A stretch of 64,000 nucleotides of DNA from Scenedesmus sp. PABB004 (lineage: Eukaryota): contig JABVCE010000008.1 in NCBI GenBank assembly GCA_014905635.1, forward strand, positions 434,001-498,000, written 5' to 3'. A program made the translations under genes and the position numbers. Under the pieces are notes generated by a model that saw only the letters and a list, made by a program, of their open reading frames with translations, made no database searches and was not told the DNA's origin. Positions 1-12,838 of the stretch are shown piece after piece (within the stretch, counting starts at the first letter, position 1; every line of letters begins with the position of its first letter).

Positions 1-18
1 GAGCGCCCCGGCGCGCGC

Positions 19-100
19 CGCCCACGGCGCACGCGCCCGCCCACGGCGCACGCGCCCGCCCACGGCGCGCGCGCCGCCCACGGCGCACGCGCCCGCCCGC
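19..100. repeat. Intronic tandem repeat, ~19-nt unit (gcccacggcgcacgcgccc), about 4 copies
   Basis: Directly visible; lies upstream of the acceptor at 137-138. Confidence 0.8.
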
Positions 101-138
101 CCGCCCGCCGGCCCACCCGCGCGCTGCACACGCCGCAG

Positions 139-884
139 CCGAGCTTTGCCGGCGTCGAGCCCGGCCAGCTCGCGGCCGCGATGCGCGCGGTGGCGGTGCC
201 CGGCTGGGGCAACACGGTGCTCGCGGGCGGCCTGCCTGAGGTCGCCGCGCCGGCTGAGGCCGCAGCGCGGCCGGGCGGCGCCAAGTGGTTCAACCGGCTG
301 TACCTGCGGGTGCGGGGGCGGCGGCGCGGCGGCAGCGCAGCGGCACGGCTGCGCACCAACGCGGCGGCGACTCCACGCGGCTGCGCGGCCCCAACCCTCG
401 CGCGCCTGCGCGCGCGCAGGTGCCCGGCCCCGACGGCGGGCGGCGCTGGAGCATCATGCTGCACTATGACGCTGCCGCGACGGGGGAGCTGGCCAGCCAC
501 TACGCCACGTGGGAGGCGGCGATTAGCCCGCGCCCCGAGTCGCTGGAGGCCGTTTTTGCGCCGGGCGCGCACGCCGGCTGCCTCGCTGCCGCGGGCATGG
601 CCGGGGGCGCGCGGCGCGGCGGCAGCATCGACGCGGTGCACGCCGCGCGCGCCGGCGAGCTGGAGTGCACCTGGACGCTCATCAGCTGGGACGGCGCCGG
701 CGCGGCGAGCGTGTCGCGCGGCACGGGCGGCGACTGGGCCTCGCTGCGCGGCGGGCCCGAGGGCCATGAGGTGTGGCACCACGAGTGCGGCGCCTACTGG
801 CGCGCGCCCCCGAGCATCGCGCCCGCGGCGCTCGCCGGGCGCGACGCCGTGCTCGAGGTCGGCGTGGCGGCGGAGCTGGGCGCC

Positions 885-917
<33 letters not shown>

Positions 918-1016
918 ATCGTGCGCTGGCTGCTGAGCTACGCCTCGACCGGCGACCGGCGGCTGCAGTGGGCGCGGCACGAGGTCTGGGCGCCGCGCGG
1001 CGGCGGCGGCGCGTGA
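139..1016 (+). CDS. 3' part of a spliced gene (start upstream of window); possible DUF3598-like beta-barrel protein
   Basis: Exons 139-309 and 420-1016 join in frame through a GT-AG intron; stop TGA 1014-1016. Two internal motifs (GRRWSIMLHYDAAATGEL, GIVRWLLSYASTGDRRL) recall the repeated RRxxxxYDxxGxL pattern of DUF3598 (from memory). Confidence 0.4.
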
Positions 1017-1173
1017 GGTCGACCTGCAGCGAGCAGCGGCGGCGCAGCCAAATAACCCTTGTTGCAACTCGAAATGCAGCGCGCGCGTCACTTTCGGCAT
1101 TCAGTCGTGCTGAAACGCGCTCAGGCAGGCAGGCACGCAGCACGGCGCCAGGGAGCGACGCAAACACGGCGCC

Positions 1174-2580
1174 ATGGAGCGGCCTCGGGAGCCCAGCTCC
1201 ACCGGTGCCAGCACGCCCCGGAGCAGCAGCAGCAATTACCCCGCCCCCAGCGTGAAGGGCCGGGCCATCAAGCTCATCAAGGGCGCGAGCCAGCGCACGC
1301 CCCGGACGACCGAGGATGGTGCGCCCCCCCCCCCCCCGTGACTCGCCCGCGGCGCCCCGCGCGCCCGGACGCCGGCAGGACGCAGAGGCAGCCGGCAGCG
1401 CGCTATCGCTGCCCCGCGGTCCACGCCGCGCGGCCGGAGGGGGCGCGGCGGGCGCGCGGCGCCGCGCGCCGCTGCTCCGCGCGCGCGCCGTCCGCGCGAC
1501 CGCCGCCGCCGCGCCGCGCCGCCGCCGCCGCAGAGCCGCTGCTGCTGACGCGCTCGCCGCCGAGCGTGGAGGAGGAGAGGGGCGCGTCGCCGTGGTGGGA
1601 CCCGCAGCGCGATGTCGCGTCGTCGCTGCACATGCTGATGAGCAGCTGGCTCAACCTGCTGCTCATCACCATCCCGCTCGGCTTTGCCGCCGAGATGCTG
1701 CACTGGCAGGCCACCACCGTGTTCATGCTGGTGCGGCGCGCGTGCGCGCGCGCGCGGCGGGGGCAGCAGCGGGGCCAGCACGGCGCCGACCCGCCCGCCG
1801 CCCGCCGCCGCCGCGGCAGAACCTGGCCGGCCTCATCCCCCTGGCGCTGCTGCTCGGCGAGGTGACGGAGGACCTCGCGCTGCGCCTCGGCGAGACCATC
1901 GGCGGCCTGCTCAACGCAACGTTTGGCAACGTGGTCGAACTCATCCTCAGGTGCGCCGCCGCGCGGCCCGCGCCGCCGCGCGGCCCGCGCCGCCGCCGCC
2001 GGCCGGCTGCGCGGCCGGCGCCGCCGGCGCCGCCGGCCCCGGCGCACGCGCGCGCGCCCACCGCGCCCGTCGCGCCCGCCGCGCGCCGTTGCAGCATTGC
2101 CGCGCTGCAGGCGGGGCTGTACGACGTGGTCAGCACGTCGCTGCTCGGCTCCATACTCAGCAACCTGCTGCTCGTGCTCGGCATGTCCTTCTTCGTCGGC
2201 GGCCTGAAGTGAGCGCGCTGCGGAGCGGCAGGACGCCCGCCGCGCGGGCCCAGCGCCCGTCACGCGGGCGCCGCCGCGCTGGGCGCCGTCGCGTCACGCC
2301 GCGGGCCCCGCCGCCGCCGCTGCGCGCGCAGGTACAAGGTCCAGACGTTCAACGCGATGTCCTCGCAGACCAGCGGCAGCCTGCTGCTGCTGAGCGCGAT
2401 CTCGATCCTCATCCCCACCGCGGCGCAGCAGCTCGGCACGAGCAGCGAGGCGCCGCCGCACGCCGGCCCCGCCGGCATGCTCGCGCAGGGCATGGCCACG
2501 GACAAGGCGCGCGCCGCGGGCGGGCGCGGCAGCCGCGCCGCCGCGCTGCCGCCCGCTCGCGCGCCGCCCCCACCGCCCAC

Positions 2581-2633
<53 letters not shown>

Positions 2634-3833
2634 CCCAGATCCTGCTGCTCAGCCGGCTGACCGCCGTCGCGCTGCTGATCGTGTACGCCAGGTGCGCCCG
2701 CGGGGGCCGGGGGCCGCGCGGCGCGCCGCCGCCGGGCGCGCTGTGGTGCGGTCGACGCACACACGCCCCGCACACACGCCCGCGCACACGCCCCGCGCCC
2801 CGCACGCGCCGCACACATACGCGCCGCACGCGCACACTCACACGCCGCACGCCCGCGCACGCGCCGCAGCTACCTGGTGTTCCAGCTCGGCACGCACCAC
2901 GACATCTTTGCCGGCGCGAGCGAGGGCGAGGGCGAGGCGCCCGCGTTCACGCTCACCGCCGCGGGGCTCTGGCTCGCCGGCATCACCGTGCTCGTCGCCT
3001 TCCTCAGCGAGTTCCTCACCGGCAGCATCGAGGAGGCGAGCCGCCGCGCGCCGCGCGCCGCGCCGCGCGCCGCGCGGGCAGCGGCGACACGTCGCTGCCG
3101 CGTGCCACTGCCGCGCGCCCGCGCCGCGCCGCCCGTGCCGCCGCGCCGACCGCCGCCGCCGCCGCCGCCGACCGCCGCCGACCGCCGCCGCCGCGGCCAG
3201 GTGTCGTCGTCGTGGGGCCTCTCCCGGAGCTTCCTGGGGTTCATCGTCCTCCCGATCGCGGGCAACGCGTGCGAGCACATCACCGCCATATTCGTGGCGG
3301 CAAAGGACAAGATGGACCTCGCGCTCGGCGTGGCCATCGGCTCGAGCATACAGGCGCGGCGCCGCGGGGCTTGCCGCGGCGGCGCGGGGCGGCGCGGGGC
3401 GGGGCGGCGCGGGGCGGCCCCCTGCTGCTGCTGCTGCTGCTGCGGCCGGCCGACCGCGCCGCGCCGCGCCGCGCCGCGCTGCGCCGCGCCGCAGATCGGG
3501 CTCTTTGCCGTGCCGTTTGTGACGGTCGTCGGCTGGATCCTGGGCCACCCGTTCAGCCTCGGGTTTGACCCCTTTGCCGCGCTCGTGCTGCTGCTGAGCG
3601 TCATGCACAGCGCGCACATGATCAACGACGGCGAGAGCCACTGGTGCGATGCCGCCGCCGCTGCCGCCGCCGCCGCCATCTCCGCGCGTGCCGGGGCCCG
3701 CGCCCGCGCACGCCGACCTGACCCGCGCTGCGCCGCACGCCGCTGCCGCGCACACAATCAACAAAGGCTGGAGGGCCTGCAGCTGGTGGTGACTTACTTC
3801 ATCATCGCCGTGGCCTACGCGCTCAGCAGCTGA
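1174..3833 (+). CDS. CAX: Vacuolar Ca2+/H+ exchanger (CAX family), ~10 exons
   Basis: Alpha-repeat motifs [44 protein letters not shown] and [15 protein letters not shown] reassemble across GT/GC-AG introns; ATG 1174, TGA 3831-3833. Confidence 0.95.
2582..2632. repeat. (GCC)n microsatellite in CAX intron
   Basis: Directly visible run of gcc triplets just before the acceptor. Confidence 0.9.
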
Positions 3834-4800
3834 GCTGAGCCGAGCCGAGCCGAGCGCGGCCGAGTGTGGCCGAGTGCGGCTGAGCCGAGCGCAGCGCGGC
3901 GGGGGGGCGGGCCTGGCCGGGGGAGCGGAACGCCACGCAGGGGCGCCGGGCGGGCGGCGGGGCGGGGGCAGCAGCGGCCGGCGCGCGCGCACGCCGGCCG
4001 CTGCTGCGGGGGCGGCCGGCCGCTGCTGCGGGGGCGGCGGGGCGGGCGGGCGAATGCGCGGCGCCGGCTGCGCGGCGCGGATGGGGGGCGGCGCTCTCTG
4101 TTCTCTTTGTTTTTGCACGGGGCACGCAACCAACGCACGCCGAGCGCCCGGGTTTGCGCCCGGGGCAGGCGCTTCACCACCGTGAGTGGCGGCAATAAAG
4201 GCGGGGCCCACGGGCGTCGCGGACGTGACGACGACTCTCGCTGGCTGACTCGTGCGTGCTCGGGGACGGGGCGTGTGTGTGCGCGCGGCGACCGCCGCCA
4301 ATGACCCCTTGCGCGCCTGCGCGCGCGCGCGCGCCGTGCGCACCGACCTGACCGCGTCTGCAAAGCAGGGATGGAATCAATCGCTCCGAGATTGGCGGCG
4401 GCGGTGGGGCACTCTGTCTTGCGCGCGGCCCCTGCACGCGCCTGTAGGCACGTCGCGAGCAGCGGCGGCCGAGAACGAGACGGACGGCCTGCGGGCGGGC
4501 CTGTGTTGTGCCGAGTTGCGTTGCGCGCCGCCCGTCCGCCCCAGCGGCGCCAGAACCTCCGCGCCTCAGCAGCGGCAGCGTTGTGCCTTCCTCCCACGCC
4601 GCGCCGTGGCGCGCAGACCCCTCCCGTCGCAGGCTATCGCACTGGCACGCCTCCCCGTCGCGTTGTGGCGCTTGATCCCACACGGCGGCAGCGGCGGCGG
4701 CAGCAGCAGCGGCGCGCATCCTCCGCCGCCGCCCGCTGGGGCCTCGCGGCCGGCCCGGCGCCAGCCCGGCGGCGGCGCCGCCGCGTGACCGCGCGTAGGC

Positions 4801-6354
4801 ATGGACCAGGAGGGCAAGTTCGAGTTCATTCGCGAGCTGGGGCGCGGCTCCTTCGGCGCGGTGGTGCTGGCGAAGAACACGCGCACGGGCGAGCAGGTGG
4901 CGATCAAGAAGATGGAGCGCGCCCACCTGCAGCGCTACGTGGAGAGCGAAATCCTCAACCACTCGCAGCTGCGGCACCCGCATGTGGTGCAGTTCCGCGA
5001 GGTCTTCCTCTCGCCGCACCACATCAACATCGTCATGGACTACGCCTCCGGCGGCAGCCTCTTCGCCTACGTGCAGAGCCGCAACCGCCTGCGCGAGCCG
5101 CTCGCGCGCTGGTTCTTCCAGCAGCTCATCCTCGCCGTCGACTACTGCCACCGCAAGGGCGTCGCCAACCGGGACATCAAGCTGGAGAACACGCTGCTGC
5201 AGGCGCGCGCCGCGCCGCCGCGCCGCGCCGATCGCGCCGCGCCGATCGCGCCGCGCCGCGCGACGCGGCGGGCGGCCGCAGCGCGCGCGGCGCGCGTCGC
5301 GGCGGCGCCGGCCGAGCGCGCGCGCCGCCGCCGTCGCCGCCGCGCGCGCGCGCAGGTCATCCCGGGGCTGCCGCGGCCGCTGGTGAAGATCTGTGACTTT
5401 GGGTACAGCAAGCACGACAACCGCAGCGTCGCGCGCAGCAAAGTGGTGCGCCCGGGGCGCCTCGCAGCGCGGCGCTCGCGGCCAGCGGCGCCGCCGCCGG
5501 CAGGTCTGCCGGTAGGCGGGGCGCCCACGCGCGGCGCCGCTCCCCTCGCCGCTCTGCTCCGCCCGCCAACAGGGCACGCTGACCTACATGGCGCCGGAGG
5601 TGCTGCAGAGCAAGTCGTATGACGGCAAGACCGCCGACATCTGGTGCGCGCACGCGCCGCTGGCGGCGGCGGCAGCGTCGCTCTGCCGGCGCCCGCCCCG
5701 CCCGCCCGCTCTGACCCGGCCTGCCCGCCCGCCGCCGCGCGCCGCCGTGCGCCGCCGCGCGCCGCCGCACTGCGCCGCGCAGGAGCTGCGGCGTGGTGCT
5801 GTACACGATGCTGGTCGGGCGGTACCCCTTCCAGAGCGCGGGCGGCGACGGCGGCGTGGGGCTGGGGCAGGAGGTCATGGAGATGCTGCGGAAGATGAAG
5901 GGCCAGGAGTACCACCTGCCCGAGTCGCTCAACCTCACGCCCGAGTGCAAGGCGCTGCTGCGCGCGCTGCTGCACCCGGAGAGCGAGGGCCGCGTGAAGA
6001 TGGCGGGCATCATGGCCGACCCCTGGTTCCGCACCGACCTCCCGCCCGACGCGCTGACCATGAACGACAAGTACCTCGCCAACACGCGCGCATGCCCGCA
6101 GGTGGGGCTGGGTGTGCGGGCGGTTGGGTGTGTGGGCGTGGGGGTGGGGGAGAGGGCGTAGGCGTGTGGGTGTGGGTCGGAGAGGGGGCGGCGGCGCGCT
6201 GCGCGGGGGGCGCGCTTGCAGCGGCGCAGGCGAGCTCACGCTGCGCCGCCGCCGTGTGCCGCCGGTGCAGAGCGAGGCCGACATCAAGAGCATCGTCGCG
6301 GCGGCGACCAACTACGCCTCCAACGACGGCTACGGCGCGATGGACCAGTTCTGA
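4801..6354 (+). CDS. SnRK2-like Ser/Thr protein kinase, 5 exons
   Basis: ELGRGSFG, VAIKK, ANRDIKLEN, KICDFGYSK, GTLTYMAPE, YDGKTADIWSCGVVLY; C-terminal PQSEADIKSIV resembles the SnRK2 box; no long acidic tail. Confidence 0.9.
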
Positions 6355-7179
6355 GCCGCCGCGGCGCGGCTCACAACCGCAGCTGGCAGCGGCGGCGGCG
6401 GCCTCGCGGCGGAGGGCTGGCGGCGGCGGCCTGGCGGCGGCGGGCTGGCGGCGAGCGCGGAGCGGCGCCCCGGGCTGCAGGCGGCAGCCCGGGGGCCGGG
6501 CCGGGGGCTCGGCCCCCGGCCGCAGCAGAGGGCGAGCGGGGGCGGGGCGGGGCGAGCGGAAGCACGAGCCATCAGTGAGTTGGGGCTTAGGCAGCAGGAC
6601 GGGCGGGCAAACTCAAGAGGGGCGCAGGGGCGCAGCTGCTGGCCGGCCGGCCGGCACAGAGCGGCGCGCCGCGCCCGCAGACGGGGGGCTGTACAGCGTA
6701 CATCCGGGGAGGCCAGGGGCGCCGCCGCCCGCGCCGCGCGTTGTGTAGATGTGTCCTGTCACAGCTGCAGGTGCCCTCCTCCCAACCTGTGAGGCGCCCG
6801 CGCGGCGGCGCTGCTCGCGCGCTGCGCGGTCGGGCTGCGCGCGCGCCGGCCATGCACGGGGGCGGCGGCGGTCCGACGAAAGCGGGTGCAACCGAGGTGT
6901 CACCGCGTGACGGGGTCGCCCGGCCACCGCCGGACCAAACAAAAGATGAGGAGAGGAGGGATCGCCCAGGAAAACCGCGACGCCGGCGCCGCGCCCCCGC
7001 CCCGCCAACACAACACTGCCGCCAACACTGCCGCCCACGCCTGGCCCACCCGCTGGGAGATACACGCCCCGCCGGCCCCCCTGCCTGTGCACCGCCTGCC
7101 TAGGCGCCGAACGCGCCGCGCCGCCGACCGCCGCGCCACCGCGGCGCACGCCGGCGGCCGCGCCGCGCGGCTGGCGGCT

Positions 7180-9643
7180 TCAAAAGTCCTCGGTCGTCGT
7201 GAACACAAACTGCTCAAAGCCCGGCTTGCCCGCCGCGCCTGCCATCACGCCGGCCTTCTGGTACTCGCCGACGCGGCGCTCGAAGAAATTCGACTTGCCC
7301 CTGCGGCGGCCGCGGCGGGCGCTCAGCGGCAGCGCCGCCCGCGGCGCCGCGCCGCGCCGCGCCGCGCCGCCCCGCCCCGCCCCGCCAGCGCCCGCGCGCG
7401 CGCGCTCGCAGAGGGCTCACTGCAGGCTGATCATCTCCATCCAGTCAAACGGGTTGGCCGCGCCGTAGAGCTTGGCGTAGCCGAGGTCGACGAGCAGGCG
7501 GTCGGCGACGTACTGGATGTAGCGCTCCATCAGCCCAGCGTTCATGCCAACCACCTCGCACTGACGGCGACGACGCGGCGGCGGCGGGGCGGCGGCGGTG
7601 CGGTCGCGGGCGCGTGAGGGGAGGGCGCGGGCGCGGGGCGCGCGGCGCGCGGCGGGACGCGGGCGGCGCCGCGGGCGGCGCACCCGCAGCGCCTCGCAGA
7701 TGAACTCGCGCTCGAGCTCCACCGCCTCGCCCACGAGCGCGTGCGCGGCGGGCTCGGGCAGGCGCGCGTGGAGGTGGCGGTATAGCAGCACCGCAAAGTC
7801 GGTGTGCAGGCCTTCGTCGCGGGAGATGAGCTCGTTGCTGAACGTCAGCCCCGGCATGAGCCCCCGCTTCTTGAGCCAGAAGATGGCGCAGAAGCTGCCG
7901 CTGAAGTGGATGCCCTCCACGCACGCAAACGCGAGCAGGCGCTGCGCAAAGCTCGCGGAGCTGCCAATCCACCTGCGCGGCGCGGCGGCGCGTGGCGGCG
8001 GCCGCGGCGTCGGCCGCCGCCGCCGCTGGCGCCGCCGGCGCCGGCGCTCCTGCTGCGTCACCCGCGCGCGCCCCCGCCGCGGCGCGCGTGCTGCGCGCCG
8101 CGCACTTGATCGCCCACTCCGCCTTGCGCGCGATGACTGGGACGCGGTTGATCGCGTCCAGCAGCGCGGCGCGCTCGGCCGCGTCGGCGACGTAGCTCTC
8201 CAGCAGCAGCGTGTACATCTCGGCGTGGATGTTCTCCATCGCGATCTGGAAGCCGTAGAACGCGCGCACTTCGGGCACCGCCACGTCTGGCGCAACGGCG
8301 ATGCAGGCGGCGCGGCGGTGCGGCGGTTTAGGCGGCGGGCGGCGGGCGTGAGCGGCGGGCGCCAGGGGCAGCACGCGCGGCGCGCCCTGCGCCCTGCGCC
8401 CTGCGCCCGTGCCCCGGCGCGCCGCCGCACCCTGCATGAAGCGCAGCGCGAGGTTTTCGAGCACGATGCCGTCGCTGCCGGCGAAAAAGGCGAGCACGTA
8501 CTTTATGAAGTGCTGCTCGTTCGCTGACGCGCCACGGCGGCGCGGCGCGGCGCGGCGCGGCGCGGGCGGTGAGGCGGGGCCGCGCGCGCGCGGGGCCGCT
8601 GCGCGCCGGTCGCGCGCGGCCGGCGCCGCCGCCGCCGCGTGCGGGGGCTGCCGGCGCGCGCACCCGTGAGCTTGCGCCAGTCGCGCAGGTCGTGGCTGAG
8701 GTCCACCTCGTCCACGGTCCAGAAGCTCGCCAGCGCCTGCTTGTACATCGTCCACATCGGCGCGTAGCTGCGGCAGGGGCGGAGGCCCAGCGGCGGCGGC
8801 GGCGGCGGAGGTGGCGTCGGCGTGCGCGGCCCAGCCGCCGGTGCCGGCGCGGACCGCCGGCGGGCCGGCCGCGGCCGCGCAGCGCGCGGCGACAGCGTCC
8901 CCGGGCGGCGGCGCCGGCGGGTGGGCGCCCCGGCGCACACCTGACCGCCAGCGTGTAGTGGTTGGGCGACGCCGCGAGCAGCGGCTCGTCGGCGAGGCTG
9001 CGCCGGCTGGCGGCGGGCCCCGACCCCGGCGCCGCGCCGGCGCCGTCGTCGTCCAGCGTCAGCGCGACCGCCGCGCCGCACAGGCTGCTGCTGCTGCTGC
9101 TCGCGCTGCCGGCGACGCCCGCGGCGCCGCGCAGCGCGTGCGCTGCTGCGGCAGCCGCTGCTGCCGCGCCCGCGCCCATGCCCGCGGCGCCGCCGGCGCC
9201 GTCGCCGGCGGGCTCGCCGGCCTCGCTGCTGGCGGCGCTGCCGGCGCTCGGCGGCGCGCTGGAGCTCCGCGCGGAGGCGCTGCTGCTCGCGCCGCCGCCG
9301 CCGCCGCTGCCGCTGCGGCCGGGCGCGTCGCAGGGCCCCCAGGCGCCGGCCCCAGCGGCTGCTCGGGCCCCAGCTGGGCGTCGACACAGCCGCCGCAGGG
9401 CGCGGCGCAGGGGGGCGCGCAGGGCGCCAGTGGCGCGAGCCGGCCCGGCGCGGCCTTGAGCGGCGTCGCCGGCGCGCCAGCGGGCTGTGGCTCGGTGGTG
9501 CCTTTGCTCGGCAGCGCGCCGGGGACCTCCGCGGGGCCCCCGGCCGCGCCGCAGGGCGTGGTGGCGCCCATGCTGTTGCTGCTGCACTCGCGAAACGCCG
9601 CGCTAGCTGGCCGCGGCGGCGTGAGGCAGACGGCGGGCGCCAT
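7180..9643 (-). CDS. RNR2: Ribonucleotide reductase class Ia small subunit (R2), ~7 exons; start uncertain (9643 or 9179)
   Basis: [42 protein letters not shown] (radical Tyr), [37 protein letters not shown]-terminal TTEDF*. Confidence 0.95.
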
Positions 9644-10102
9644 GGGCACGTGCCGGCGGCCGGGCACTGGCGGGCGGCGCGGTGGGCGGTGGGTCTGCGG
9701 CCGCGACGCCAGAGCCCGCGCGGCTGAGGCGCGGGGGCCAGGCGCCGGTCTTCCCCGGCAGTGCGCTGTTGCAGCGGCCCGTCTGCCGGCCCGCGCTCGC
9801 CGCGGCGGCGCCGCAGGCGCGGCTGCCGCGCGCGCTGTGCGGCCGCGCAGCAGGCGCGCGCCGCCGCCGCGCGGCGCCCACCTCTGCTGCCGGGGGCGCA
9901 GCCCCCAGCCAACCCAGGACAGGAGACACACACACACGTGACCACCAACAGCCAGTCGCGGCACGCGCCGCGACCATGAGGGCACCAACCAGCGCGGCGC
10001 GCGCACGCCTCGCGAGCCGAGTGCGTGAGAGCAGCAAGTTGATGACTCGATTGGCACTTCTAAAGAGCGATGCGGCGATGGACATAGCGCAGGCCGTCGC
10101 CA

Positions 10103-10112
10103 GCGCGCCAAA
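10103..10112 (-). promoter_or_regulatory. Candidate E2F site TTTGGCGCGC upstream of RNR2
   Basis: Matches TTTSSCGC on the minus strand; CCAAT nearby (~10050). RNR genes are classic E2F targets, but chance matches are expected in GC-rich DNA. Confidence 0.4.
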
Positions 10113-10391
10113 TCAACCGGCCGGGTGCCCCGCTCGCACGGGCACTACCACCACCACCCCCGCGGCGCTGGCGGCGCGCGCCGCGCCCGGGTCGGACCCG
10201 GCACCAAGAGGTCAGGTCAGCGCAAGAGGTCGTCGCCAGCAGAGCAAGCCCGCAGCTCAAAGCACCACCAACCGCTCGAGAAGAAGAAGCCCCGCGCCGC
10301 TCACCGAGATCAGTCCCGTCGGCCGCCGACCAACGCCCCCCCCCCCCCCACAAACAACAAAACCGACCACGCCGCGCTGTGCGTGACATCA

Positions 10392-12483
10392 TCACGCCTG
10401 GTCGGCGGCGCGGGCGCGGTCGTCGGCGGCGGCGGCCGCCGCGGGGCGCCGCCGCATCGACGACGCGCGCCGCGCGGCGGGCGCGTCGAGGAAGCCGGCG
10501 GTCATGCGGCCCTCCTGGCCGGCGAGCTCCAGCTCCGCGACCGACGCGGTCGGGCCCAGCGCCGCGGCGCGCGCGCCCGCGCGGCGGCGCTCGAGCGCGA
10601 CGTTGATGCGGTCCGCCGCGACGACGCAGACCGAGCCCGCCGCGTAGATGCCCGCCGCGAGCCCAGCGGCGGGCGCGCCGCCGCGCAGCGTCGCAAACGC
10701 GTCGCCAAAGGTGAAGGGGCCGATGATGCCGCCGAGCTGCGTCCACACGGACCGGCTCGCGAGCGCGGCGACGACGAGCGTCTGGTAGCGGCCGGAGTAC
10801 CAGCACAGCACCGCGGCAACGCCAACACTGTTGTTGACGCCGTACGCGATCGCGGAAAGGGTCTTGACGCCGAGCATCACGCCGAGGCTGCCGCAAATGC
10901 GCGGCGTCAGGCCGCCGAGGCCGACGACGACGAGCGCGGCGGCGACGCCGCACGCGTTGCCGATCGCGAGCGGCATGACGTGCTCGGCAAACTGGAAGCG
11001 CCGCGGGCCGACGAGCGCGGGGCCCGCAAACGCGGCGGCCGCCTGCACGGCGGAGCCGACGAGCGCGAGCACGTTGACGCCGGACAGCCCGATGCCCAGC
11101 GGCGCCTCGCGCAGGCCGCACTGGGTGCCCAGGACCACGAACTGAAAGTAATTGTCGGCGTATGCGGCCGAGAGGAAGTAGGGCACGATCGCGAGCGCGG
11201 CGAGCCAGTTGTAGGCGGAGAGACAGGTGATGCTCTGCACCGCGCTGCGCCCCGCGCCGCACGCGGCGGCGCCGAGCGCCGCGCACGCGCCGCGGCGCGC
11301 GCCGCCGGCGCCGCCGGCGTGGTCGGCGGCGTGCGCGGGGTCCTGCAGGTCGGGCACGAACAGCGACGCGAGCGCGCCGGCGAAGAGGCAGGCGGTGATG
11401 GAGACGAGGAGGTAGAGCAGGCGGCGGCCGTCGTCGACGCCGAGCGCGCCGGGGAGCGTGAACGCGACCGTGCCGACCTCCACAAACGCGTAGATGTGGC
11501 TCGCAAACGTGTTTTTGTACTTGCTCGCAATGAACTTGTGCGTCAGCGCCCGCGCGGCGGCGGCCTCGCCCACCAGGCCGGCGCCGGCGCCCGCGCGCGC
11601 GCCGTGCGGCGCCTCGAGCTCCAGCGAGGCGCCACGCTCGGGGAGCAGCGGCGCGGCGGGCGGCGGCGCGCCGGCGGCTGCGCCGCCGCCCTTGGGCGGG
11701 CCGCCGCCGTCGCCGCCGTCGGCATCGCCGTCGTGGGGCGTGCCGTCGCCGAGCTGGCCGGCCACCTCGAGCGCGAGCGGCATGAGCTCGGCGCACGTGT
11801 CGAGGTAAACCTCGGTCGCAGTGTAGCCGAGGCCGCCAAACACTCCGACGAGCAGCCCGAACACGAGCGAGCACGCAAGCATCCCCGCGCCGGCGCTCGG
11901 CGTCGCGTCGGCGGTCGCGGAGAGCGCAAACGCGCCGACGAGCGCCGCGCCGGCGCCGGCCCAGGCAAACATCATCACCGAGAACGCGTTGCGCGCGCCG
12001 CGCAGCCACTGCAGGCCGGCGGGCACGAAGAAGAGGAAGACCAGCCACGACGCGCTCAGCACCACGTTGGCGGCGCGCGCGAGCGAGTCGGCGCGCGCCA
12101 CGGCCGCGTCCGACGCGCCCGGCGCGCCGCCAAAGACGGCCTGGTCGCGAGGCGGGCGGACGAGAGGGAGGGAGTCGGGAGTCGGGCGGCGGCGGCGGCA
12201 GCACCGGCGTCGGCACCGGCGGCAGCAGCGGCGGCACCGGCGGTGGCAGCGGCAAGCGGCGGTGCCGCTTGGCGGCGGTGCCGCCGCCGGTGCCGCCGCT
12301 GCTGCCGGTGCCGACGCCGGTGCCGCAGCGGCAAGCGGCGCCAGCGCAAGCGGTGAGAGTGCACCGCACCTGGCTGGTCTGGTTTATGCTGTTGAGGGCG
12401 CCGTAGGGGATGGCGAAGAGGAAGGCCATGGCATAGAACGACATCCGCACGAACGTTGGGCTGGGGCTCCTTACCGACCCCAT
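10392..12483 (-). CDS. Multi-pass MFS-type (UNC-93-like) membrane transporter, 2 exons (intron 12141-12369)
   Basis: About 11-12 hydrophobic segments in two halves; FGGLGYTATEVYLD resembles the UNC-93 GxxxxWTAxGxYL motif; GT-AG intron keeps the frame. Confidence 0.6.
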
Positions 12484-12838
12484 GGCGCCTGCCCCTGCTC
12501 GCTGGAGCCGTCACGGGCTACAGGCGCATCGGTCGGCGGCCGCAGCAGAGGGCCGGAGGTCAGCGCGGAGCGGGGCGGAAGGCCATCGGTGTCGACCCAA
12601 AAAATCTGGCCGCTGAATCGGCGCGCCCACCACTCTCCCGCGTGTGACGAGTCTGCGCTGAGTTCCAAGAACATCACACGGTCGCGCGCGATCGGGAAAG
12701 CGCGCATGCAGCGGCGGGTCACGCGCGGCGGCGCCGCGGACCAGGCGCGCACGCCGCGGCGTGCGCAGTCGCTTTTTGCCCAGGCCCTGCCCACTCAGCT
12801 CTACCTTTTTCAACCCTGCTCCAGCACGGCACCGCTCA

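Noticed and set aside
19..100. Repeat array resembling CRISPR
   Set aside because: Contiguous tandem units with no unique spacers, intronic, eukaryotic context, no cas genes.
6102..6200. G-rich intron with G-quadruplex potential
   Set aside because: G-runs are common at this base composition, and nothing independent suggests function.
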